From an uncultured bacterium (GTDB lineage Bacteria; Omnitrophota; Omnitrophia; Omnitrophales; Aquincolibacteriaceae): 57,016 nucleotides of DNA. Numbering within the stretch: position 1 is the first letter of the stretch; every line of letters starts with the position of its first letter. This document shows positions 9,216 through 19,700 of this stretch, piece after piece. The DNA lies in the NCBI GenBank assembly GCA_964422635.1, contig CAYRBY010000003.1, forward strand, positions 1 to 57,016. Reading direction: 5' to 3'. Position numbers and translations under genes: made by a program. The notes under the pieces are model-generated. The model was not told where the DNA came from, ran no database searches, and saw only the letters and a program-made list of their open reading frames with translations.

Positions 9216-10421
9216 TCAGCGGGCAGCTGGGATTTGTTCTACGGAAAGCTGAGCCGGAGGAGCCGGCATTTCAGTCTTAAGAGAAGTCAGCTTTTCATCG
9301 ATCCGTTTGCGGACGCTGGCAAGCTCCAGCTTGGCATTACGAAGCTGCCTTGAAAACTGGTCTTTAAGGGCCTCAATGTGTTCGCGTTCCGCTTCCGTAA
9401 GATCAAAAAAGGAAACGCAGAGAAGATACCGCTGATTGTCTTTATCTAGCTTTCGGTAAATCTGATCCGCCTTCTTGTAACGCTCTTCGACTTTGCGAAG
9501 ATCCATTTCGGAAGGTTTACCTTGCGTCACAGCAGCCAGAGCTTCATGAGTATAAGTGGCAACTTCATGTGCAAGTGAGGCCACCCGGTGAGACAAGTGC
9601 TTAACCCAGGCCGCAAGACGGCGGGACACAAAGGCTTCTTTATAACGGACAAGAATATCTTCGTTTCTTTCCAGGCGGCCCGAGGCCACTTCAAACTCAA
9701 GGTTTGAAAGTCCAGGAACAGAGGATTCCTTGAGGACATTCCCGACAAAAAACAGCAGCGCTCCTAACGCTATCGAAAAAACACCTGCGATACGGAACTG
9801 CTCAAAAAAGGTCTGTGATCCAAGGCCCACCGCTTCGCTATAGCCAATCCCAAGAAGAAGGGCAAGAGAGGCATGAACCCCCAGAAGAACATAAGCAGTC
9901 CGGGATCCCTTTTCGATCAGCCGGATCATCGCCTGCGGGAAAAAGAAGAGACTTGCGAAGTAAAAAACCCCTCCAGCAAGATACGCGGCAGAAAGCACAA
10001 AGTTAATCCAGGCCACAAGGCTGAAAAAACTCGAAGCGGAAGCCCGGCCGAGAGCAGAAACGACCTGAAAACTCAGCATGGTTAAAACAACTGCCAGAAA
10101 AGTCATCGTAACGGCATTCAAAATAAGACTGGTCAAGTTCCGAACCCCCAGAAGACGCGCCACAGGGTGGTCCCCCTTTTCAAGAACGGCCGGGAAATAA
10201 AAGCAAAAAAGAATGAACAGGTGGGAAATGATCAGAAAGAGAATTTTGGTATTGTTAAGAAAATTCTCCCCAGCAGGCTGACTCACCGCATGAAACCCCA
10301 TGCCGAGCGCCATGACAGCGACAATTGCAAAGGCCCAAGTTTGAACCTTTGCAGCTGTTTCAAGAGAAATTTGGGATCTGAGTTTATTCGTAAGGAAGGT
10401 AAGCCAGTTTTTGTTTTCCAT
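9216..10421 (-). CDS. polytopic membrane protein with C-terminal coiled-coil, unknown function
   Basis: Several hydrophobic segments in the first ~230 aa, then a charged helical tail (EALKDQFSRQLRNAKLELASVRKRIDEKL). I recognise no family. Confidence 0.6.
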   Translation of the reverse strand: MENKNWLTFLTNKLRSQISLETAAKVQTWAFAIVAVMALGMGFHAVSQPAGENFLNNTKILFLIISHLFILFCFYFPAVLEKGDHPVARLLGVRNLTSLILNAVTMTFLAVVLTMLSFQVVSALGRASASSFFSLVAWINFVLSAAYLAGGVFYFASLFFFPQAMIRLIEKGSRTAYVLLGVHASLALLLGIGYSEAVGLGSQTFFEQFRIAGVFSIALGALLFFVGNVLKESSVPGLSNLEFEVASGRLERNEDILVRYKEAFVSRRLAAWVKHLSHRVASLAHEVATYTHEALAAVTQGKPSEMDLRKVEERYKKADQIYRKLDKDNQRYLLCVSFFDLTEAEREHIEALKDQFSRQLRNAKLELASVRKRIDEKLTSLKTEMPAPPAQLSVEQIPAAR

Positions 10422-10592
10422 AAGATTTCTCAGGTTTTGATTTCGGTTAATTCCTGAATAACACGGGGACCAGATTTTAAAATTTTAATGTGTAAACGAT
10501 GTCTGAATCAGGCAAAGGAGAACCCGCCGCATTTTTACTTGTCGGCACCCTTCGGAGGATGCTGGGGGTACAGCCGGGTTCGAAATAGTAAA

Positions 10593-10668
10593 TGGTGGAC
10601 CGGACGGGGATTGAACCCATGACCTCCACAATGCCATTGTGGCGCTCTCCCAGCTGAGCTACCGGCCC
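10593..10668 (-). tRNA. tRNA-Ala (anticodon GGC), CCA encoded
   Basis: Acceptor GGGCCGG/CCGGTCC gives the G3:U70 Ala identity pair. Anticodon stem CCACA/TGTGG with loop ATGGCAT. T-arm with TTCAATC loop, then ACCA. Confidence 0.85.
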
Positions 10669-10794
10669 TCTATCAAAATAAAAGAATGATATCTATTACC
10701 GCAAGCGGTCCAAAGGAAGACCCTTGAGAAGGTTCATGATCATACTTAAATCCCCGCTTTTTTCAAGTAATTTGATAGGGAGGCCTGCGGGGGT

Positions 10795-13700
10795 TTAAGC
10801 GGCGCTGGCAACAGCCTGACGGGCAGCTTCGGTCGTCATAAGGTCTTCAAGCAATCCGAAAATGGCTTGTAGAACATCTGCGGTCAGTTCCGGAAACAAG
10901 GAGCCCGGCTCATCCTTAAGCTGTTTGCGCAAGGATTCAACACTCAATGCGAGCTGAACAGCCCCCTCAAATTCAGGCGTATTCAGACCAGCTCCCAAAT
11001 AAACCTGCCTTGAAACAAAAACACCCGGCGCAGCTCGAATCTCCCCCTTAGCTTCGACGAGGGTGCCACTCACAAGGATGTGTGTTGTTTGGCTCGCCTC
11101 GTCCGGTTTAATGAGAAGCGGAGTATCCACGGTATAAAAATGTCTTTCCAACCCCGGAAGTCGGAACACCTCCGCCAGCCCCGGCGATGTTTCCGTCGAT
11201 TTCAAATAGGCCAACGCCACTTTTCCCAAAGCTAGTTTCTGCTCCACAAAACCCCGCGCAGTCAAAAACGGCGTCCCCTCAAAAAGCGAGAGGTCGATCA
11301 TGAGCCGTTTGCCTTCCTGAAGTTTCACTTCGCGGCCAAAATGCTGCGCCAGGGCTTGCAGCAAAACAGTTCTCCTGGATGGGTTAAGAAAGAAGTCTGC
11401 GGCAGTACGCTGCGCCGCTGAAACTTTAAAATGAGCTGACGTTCCGGGAGAGCTTTCTCTGCGGCCCTCTGCAAGAAGTGAGGCTCGGGAAATCAACCGG
11501 TCCCTCAAATTGTAAACGTTTACAGGCCCTTTAATGCCGGACAACTGCCCTGCCAAATATTCGGGAGCAAAAACGTCTTCGTCAAAAATGATGTTGAAGT
11601 CCCCGCTTCCGGCTTCATTCCCGCGTTCAAGCTGCCCCAGCACAGCTTCTTCCAGTGCATGGCCAAGCTTCTGCCCTTCTGCATCAATATTTTCTTCCCC
11701 CTCTTTTTTCCACACTTGATCCGCAGCTTTTTCAACGCCTCCAGTCTCCGCAATGTCGTGAAGGGCATTGGCCGCATTCAAACGAGGAAGCCATGGCAGA
11801 ACATTCCGCATGCTGCCCGAGCCAGGCTGTAAAGTTTCCTGGGCGGGCTCTTCTGGGCTTCGAAGCTCTGAACGGTCCACCGGCCCGCCGTAAAGGCGTT
11901 CAGCCTCCGCCTGCACCCACTCCCAGGCCCCGTTTCTTCCAACCTGCGAAAAAATCCCCTGAAGCTGGCGCCTCGACTGGGGAACCGTCTGACCCCGGTC
12001 AGCATTTCCCTGAAAATAAACCCAAAGAACATTTTCAACATATCCAGCATCCTGATCTGTAAGCGGCGGGTTGACGTCCTCATGATGCACAAAGCTGCTC
12101 ACCCATCCATGAGCTTCCCTTACCGCAGGCTCCACTTTGGGTTTAGGCTGAGGACGGGATGATGGCGTTTGCGGTTTTTGAACTTTAGCGGCCTTGGGTT
12201 CCGCCTGCTGGGATTTCTGAAACTGCTCTTTCAGCCACGTCCAGGCATGCTCCCTGCTGAAAGATGCTGCAGAGGTAATCTGTAATTCATGCACATCCTG
12301 AGCTTCGTCGGTCGAGGATGCTTCCCGGATGGGCAGCGTAAGAGTTTCGGGCGATTGCTTGGGCGCATAAGAAGCCAGATGCAAATCGTTTCTCAAAATC
12401 TCAAGCGGGATACTCCTGCGGTTAAAATACCAGCTCAAAACTGTTTTCAACAGTAAGGGCTCCGCTTTGATTTCCGGGTCAGCAAGGGTTTCAAAGGCGT
12501 CCCCCCACCCCTCGATTTCACGAGCTCGACGCTCCAGCTCATGATACAAGGCCTCCCTTTCCTTTTTCTTGCGCTGAATGTTCCTCCTCGCAATGTCCCG
12601 CTGAATCTTTTCGCGCCGCTCCAATTCCCGAAGCGCTGCGTTACGCCGTTCGCCCTCAGCTCCCATCACCAGCGGTGAAAGACCAAAAGCCGGCAGAAGG
12701 ACTTTATAAAAAAAAGCTTCGATAAAGAGACGCTGATCGTTCCAGGCCTCGAGCTGCTGCCGCGAGGGCGCAGGCACCTGAACAGATGCTTTATTATTTT
12801 CAATAGAAAAGGCATCTGTCACAAAAGAATAAACAGGGACCGGTGAATCATCGGGTTTTTCTTCTTCCTTCAGGTTTGTCCGCTGGCTGCGTTCTCCGCC
12901 AGCGCCCACAATAGCTCCCCGAAATGGAAGCCCTGCCCTGGCCAAAAACTGCGTGTTGCGGATCTGAGCAGAAACCTGCGATTTGATGGTGTTGTTGATT
13001 AACCCCTGCAGCTGAACGCCGTCATCTTCTTTAGCTTCCAAAATATACAGTCCGCCTTCGAGAACAGGTCCCGGGATCTCGACGCCTGGCTTAGGCGTCA
13101 CTTTTAGAAAACCATCAATTTCCCTGAATCCCGCATAAAGACCGAGCCCCAAAACCTGCACATCATAAAAAGGGGCAAGCTGCTCCACTAGGCGGTCCAC
13201 GATAAACAACTCCCCGGCAACCTCATTGAAGGAAGCCCTGTTTGAGTTAAGGTAGCTGCTGGCCAGGCGGCTCACCATGCTGCGCATGCCTTTGACATCC
13301 TTATATTTCTCAATAAGCGCCTTCATTTCTCCAAATTTAAAAGCGTTTTCTCCTTCCCAAAAAAGCCGGATGCGGCTTAGCTTTTCAAGCCATTCGCGGG
13401 GCTGAAACCCGAACTCATCCGGAATTTCCTCCGGACGAGGTGTATCAATTTCCTCAGCCCGGAGTTCAGACCTCTTGGGTAATTGCAAAGACTTTTCAAT
13501 CCCATCAAAATCTGGGATGTCCTGAGCAAAACGGCTGTAGGCAAAATCCAAAGAGGCTTCAAGCCTGCCCTGGTAGCTCAGAACGGCCACCGCGCTTTCT
13601 TTTGTTAAATCCGTCGTAATTCCAATACTCGGGTATTTTGTTTCCGGAGAAACGGTTTGAATGGGCGGCAAGTCTTCATCGTAACCGGAAAGCCGCCACC

Positions 13701-16700
13701 TCATAATCGCCTGAACGCTGGGTAAAGGGTAGCCCAGCAAAAATCCAAAGATCGCATCCTGATTGGTTTGTCTTTTAGGAATGTAACCGCCGGGCCGAAG
13801 CAATTCTTCGATCAATGCCGACAGAATCGGCTCAACGGCCCTTCGTATGCTCTGGGGATCATTTGCCTGCAGCGCGTTCCGGACTTCGTCAAGCAGTGCT
13901 TTATCGCTTTCTTTTAAAATGCCTTGCTCAAAAAGAAACTGCCCTTCGCGGACAAGTCTCTCAGCAACACCACGGGAATCAAGAATCATCCCCGGATCCA
14001 TAACCGAAAAATAATCGACCGGGAAATCGGGCTGGTCCTCAAGTTCGGCAATGAGCTCCAAAGGATCCGGGTCTTTTCCTGAATAAGACAAAAACCCCGG
14101 TCGAAGTCCGAGAAAAACGGAGAGAATTCCGGGATAAAAAAACTGTTCGCGGGCTTCCTGACTCATGGGATGCTGCTTGTAAAAAGCACTGAGTTCCTTA
14201 ACCCGTTTTTCAAGCACGGCTGTCTCTTCCGGGCCCAAACTTACAGCTAATGGATTTGAATCGCTTCTCAGTTCGGAGCGTCGGGGCTCATTCGGGCGGG
14301 TTGCGGCGTCCCCTCCTCGGGTCTTACTGATCGACAGGGCAAGCTGACGCAGGAGCGTGTCCACAAGCGGCTCTTCATCCATGGCTGTGAGAATCGCCTG
14401 TTTCACCTGCCTGACCTTTTCGAGCGGTGGATTTTCAATCTCCTCAGGACTCAGGTTAAGCGCACGATAAGCTGCCCGGGCCTTGCCATAAATCAAAGAA
14501 AAAGCGGCGCGTGCAGTTTCGGGATCTTGCTCCGGGAAAACAATCCTTCTAAGAAAACTAAGCCGGGCGACATCACGCTTTTTGGCCTTCTCTTCCTCAT
14601 CGGAGCTGTTTTCATAATAAAAAAAATTGCTGACGAAATGTTCTCCTGCTGAAAAATGAAGCCTGTCACTTTCTTTCAAATCACGTTTTTTCAGCCACTG
14701 GTAGATAACTTCCGGATCACTGCTGTCGGGAAGCTTATAAACAAAATCGAAATCGATAAGCCCCGCGCCCCTGGTGTCGTCACGCCGCGTGTAGATACCA
14801 AGGTTTCCCATCTTGAAATCGGCGTCAAAATAACCGGCTTTCCATAAGCCTTTCAGATTTTCCAAAACAGCTTTTGCCAAAGCCGGACGCTTCTCAGGGT
14901 TGGGGTCCCAAGCGTTATCAACCGGAATAACCTTCTTTTGCCATGACATATTGGAAGTAACTGTCCGGCCCGGTTCACTCTTCAAATCTTTTATTACGAT
15001 AGGCTTTTCCGCAACAGCTAGATCCAGATTCGAAAGTTCTGCAGAAATTTGAGCCCGCTCGTTATCTGTGTTCCAGGGAGCTTCGATCCGAAAAACTTCC
15101 CCATCCGGAATTTCTTTTTTCTTCAAAAGGTGTTGAGGATAAACAGAAGACTTGTAAATTTTTGCTGTTCCTCCGGTGGTAATTTTTTCAAGACCCAGCT
15201 GGCGGACGATCTCTGCCCAGTACTGTTCACGGGGAACATCCATTTCCAGAATCTGCGGGGGCTCTTCCTCTCGCAGCTCCGACCGGGGCAGCTCCGGAGC
15301 TGCAGTGCGGCCGGAACTCCGGATCACGAATCCATAAGCCTGGACTTCTTCGGTGGGCTTAAGATACTGAACTTCCCAGGAATCAAAAGACTGAAGCAGG
15401 TAGTCGCGGAAGGCAAGAAGCCTCGGCTCCAGTTCCTTGGATACGGCAAACGGCGTCATAAGGACAAGCACGGCGCCATCATCTTCTTTATCTGCAACAC
15501 GAAGGTGCCGGATATCAATGTCCGGTAAAAACCTTGTTAAGAGATGCGTTACAAAAACAGCGTTTGGGGCAGTTTTTCTAACATCCATGCGGCGCCCCTC
15601 ACGGAACTCCACCTGCGGGTCGAGCTCCGTCAAACTGTCGAGGTAATTGAACGGGTGGTCGCGGACAAACTCGATGACCTGATTATGCCGCTGCCGGGTC
15701 TCACTTGGGTTCCCGGGGAGTAAAAGGTCTGCCGAAACAGCAACTCTTTTGCCGCTTTGAATCTCTTCCGTCGAGATATAAACATGAACCGCATTTTTCT
15801 CTTCATCGTAGACTGAGTACACAAGAACTTCTGAAATACCGCCAGGAACACGAAAGCGGCTGGACTCGACGTTGACAGGCGCTCCAACAGATAAAGGCTG
15901 ACGCTTTAAGTTCTTTTTAGGAAGACTGAGAGTGATTTTAATTCCCCGCCGCGGCATGAGGTCGCTTGCACCTAAATCTTTTTTCCCTATTCCCGAACGG
16001 AAAAACCACAACGACAAATAGAACCATGCCGCGCGCCACAAAGGCGTCCACGCATGCAGCCAATTCCAGGCCGCCCAGTTTCTCGGATAAAACTCCTGAA
16101 CTTTCCCATCGAACTCCAGCTGAATGGTTCCCCCGAGCTGAAAAACTGCCGGCGCAATCGTATTAAAAAAGGCATGTTCCCGCTGCCCCCCGTACCCGCT
16201 CGTAAAAGACCCTCCATACATAGACTCTTCGATTCGGGAAGCATCATGGGTGTTGTAATTGCCATAGTAGTAGATAAGCTGCAGATCTTTTTCGTTCTCG
16301 TGCTTCAGTGCGAGGATGGTGCTGTTCGGCTTCATGTGAAGCTGATTGTTCTGCACAAGTTCGACGAACACTTGATGAAAATCGGAAAAATCGTAGCCGT
16401 CAAAGCGATAGAAGTTCGGCGTGGAGGGCATCTCGTCGCCATAGTCACGGGAGGCTTTATTTCCGCCCTCTTTGACAGCGGTCATAGACCGGTTGAAAGC
16501 ATCATAGATCGACCCATGGAAGAAAAAGATTCTCGGATCAACCCCAGGCATCTGCGAAATCTCAGAAAGCAGACGCCGAGCTTCCGGATGGTTGTAACTG
16601 CGTTCAAGAATCTTATAAACCTCGGCCTGATAAGCTCGGTTCGCTTCGGGGTCTAATTCTGCTTTGATATCCGGAAAGGCCTTGGCCCGGGCGTCTTCAA

Positions 16701-19700
16701 TCAGCCGGTACAAGTTGTTCTCGTGAGGCTGCCCCTTCTCATCCGCTCCGTACCAGAGCCACTGCAGCTGAACGAGCCTGCGGTTTAATTCTTTGTCAAA
16801 GTCCGGCCCCTCTAAATAGTCATGCCGAAGCTCTGAACGCGATGAAGGTGCTAACGGGCGAAGTTCATAAATACTAACCCTGCGGGATCCTTCCTTTGTT
16901 TTTTTCCATCCATAGGAATCCGCAACTGACACCTCATATTTATTTTGCGCAAGCTGTTCCCAAATCACCGCAGAAAATTCCTCCGGAAAGATAAGGTAAA
17001 CTTTTCCTCCGGGTTTGAGATACCTCGGGGCTTCAAGCAAAAACTGTCTTAGCAATGCATGGTCTTTGTCCATGCGGGCGATATCGTTTCGTTTACCGGG
17101 CCGTTCCGCGGAATACCATGGAGGGTTCCAAAAAATCACATCAAAAAGTTCCCCTTTTCGCAGCGGTGAGAAAAAATTTCCCTGCCTGATTTCAACCTGG
17201 GGATATTTTTCGAGATTCTTTTTCGCATCTCTCACAGCTTCGGGATTAATATCGATCCCCATGAAACGGGTTTCCTTTTTCCTCTGTGCTCCCTCGGCCA
17301 GAGCACCTGTCAAAACCCCGCTGCCGATTCCCATTTCAAGAATATCCGGGTTTGCAATGTTTAGAATATCCGCACCAATGACTCTATTAACCAAATGCGC
17401 CATCATGGCATCCGTGGGGTAGAGCGTCGAATCGCCTACCTGAAGCTCGCTTTCAAGTTCCCGAAGCTCCGAACGCATTCTCTTGGAAATTTCTTCATTG
17501 CCCGCTATACGCTCTCCGCCCTGTTTCAAAATTTCACGGGCCATTTCCGGAACAGGCGCAGGCAGATCTTGAAGTGCACTGCGAAGACCTTCTTTGGCTG
17601 CTCCGACATCACGCACGACAGGCGTTTCACTTCCTGGCATTGCGGATTCTGCCTGCCTGGCAATGTTTTCAAGCGTTGCCACGGATCTTCGAGCAGACTC
17701 AGTCACCGCTTCCGCTGGGGCACCTTCACGAGCGAGCTCCTGCAAGGCGCTCGTCATGACATTTCCTGGTGAAAACGGGACTTTTTCAGACGCAACGCCA
17801 GAAGTTTTTGGGAAGGAAAGAGCATGCGGTTTCTGCCAGGAAAGAACTGAACTTTGCGTCATGGCCCTCGGAATTGACAAGGCATCAGGCCGGGACCCTG
17901 AAGATGGAAAAAAAGAACTCACACTTTCAACATTCAGAGCCCCTTTTTGTTCAAGCGGCAGGAGAGCCTTTGTAAATTCTCCGAGCCCAGAAGTAAAAGC
18001 ATCCTTCCATTGCTTCACTGTATCCTTTTGAAAATTGCCAGCCTCATCCTGCAGCGCTCTCCTGACAGCTTCCTTCGTCAGCCCCGGGGATTGACCGCGA
18101 AATTTCTGCTGATACACCTTGAAAAGCAAATCAATATATCGCGTGTAATCACTGACCTGATCGATTCGGCCGTCAGCCGAAAGCCTCCGAATCACATCGT
18201 CTCGCCAAAGCTTGAGATCCTTTTTAAACTCCGGCTCTTCCACTTCTTGCATTAGCTGAATCCCCGCATGGCGGACGAACGCATCGTAATAAGTCGTTTC
18301 CAGATAACTCTTGTAAGAAAAATTTCCCTCCATCAGGCCCGCATACGTCTCATAGCCCTCCAAAGAATCGACACGGGGTGAAATCACCGCATAAGAATAC
18401 CCGCGCTTTAAAAGCTCTTCCTCAAATCCTTGTGTATGAAATCCTCCAGCGACGACCACAGCGGCTGCGGGCTTCTGCTGACGAATCAAATTTTCAAGGT
18501 TACGGTGAAAAACGCGATCTCGCTCCAAGGCGAGCCGGTAGAATTCGAGCGCCGGCATCATGCCTGCCCTCGAATCTCCCAAAAGAACCAGATGTTTTTC
18601 GGGATCCTGACGGTACCTTTCGAGTTCTTGAGGTGTCATTTCAAGCGCCGCAAGATGCTTCAAGCGCCGGAGAGCCGCACAAGCCTCCAGAATCTCCCGC
18701 TGAGGTTCGGTTGGCTTCAGTGACTTTTCCACGAGATCCAAAGCGCTTTCCAGCTCGGAAAAAACCGAAGTGCCTTTCAACATTGAAAAGCTCTCAGTAT
18801 TCAGCAAGAGACTCTGCATACCTTGGGTCAAGCGGGGCTTGAATCCGAATTTCGAGCCTTCTCGTATGAGAATACGCAGAAAATTCCCGGGGTCCAGCTG
18901 CCCGGTAAGAAAGCTTTGGTACGCAGAGGAAAACTCCGGCGTTTCCTTCTGTGGGAAATCGCGGGCTATCTTTGCCCGAAAACTTTCCGCCATTTTCCGC
19001 ACATCGGCCTCAACAGCCGCCGGCAGATTTCTGCCGTCAGCCTCGATGAGAAGGCTTAACTGCGGATAATCTTTATGAAAGAGATCTTCATGCAGTAACC
19101 CGGAGGATAGCCTTGCTTTAAAATCCTGGATCAGCTCAAACAGATTCGACTTTTCACTGTAAAAAGATTCACGAAGATCATAAAACCGGTTGAGTTCCGG
19201 ACTGAAAGCAGAATGACGTTGTTCCCCCAGCGCCAATGTGATCGACAGAAAAACCTTTTCAAGCTCAGGCTGCTGCGCGAGAGCTTCAAGGTATGCCTTT
19301 TGGTTATCTTGATACAGATTCCAATCTTCTAGTCCTGCATATTGGGATATCGAGGTTTCTGAAACTGCAGCAAGCTCTGCACCGCTCAATTCACCTCTCT
19401 CAAGATAGGCCTCTAAAACTTTTTTCTTAATAAACTTATCCGGAAAGGTTTGAAAAAAAACGGGGTCGATCTTTCCTTCACTGCCTTCGAGGGTAACAAG
19501 CCGCACCCCCTGATTCGCTTCGAGGTAGGCGATGACATTTTGGATGCTGCGCTGAGCATCTTTGACGGCATGAGCATCCTGAAGAAAAAAGATAACGGGT
19601 TTATCTTTATCTTCCCCCTGATGGAAACTCTCAACCCGTCCCAAACTTTCTGGAAAATCCTGCGGATTAAAAGCTTGAATACCCGTCTTTACCTCTAGGG

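Noticed and set aside
10573-10586. A tRNA-like GCCGGGTTCGAAAT (T-loop-like) sequence just beside tRNA-Ala, as a possible tRNA fragment or att-site remnant.
   Set aside because: No complementary T-stem or acceptor sequence follows. It does not match the 3-prime end of tRNA-Ala or any other tRNA in the window.
16300-16400. A GHKL (histidine-kinase/HSP90-type) ATPase in the module at aa 1011-1523 of the 3,019-aa protein.
   Set aside because: Only an N-box-like ELVQNNQLH and a loose GYGGQ are present, and no DxGxG box was found. The evidence is too weak to call.
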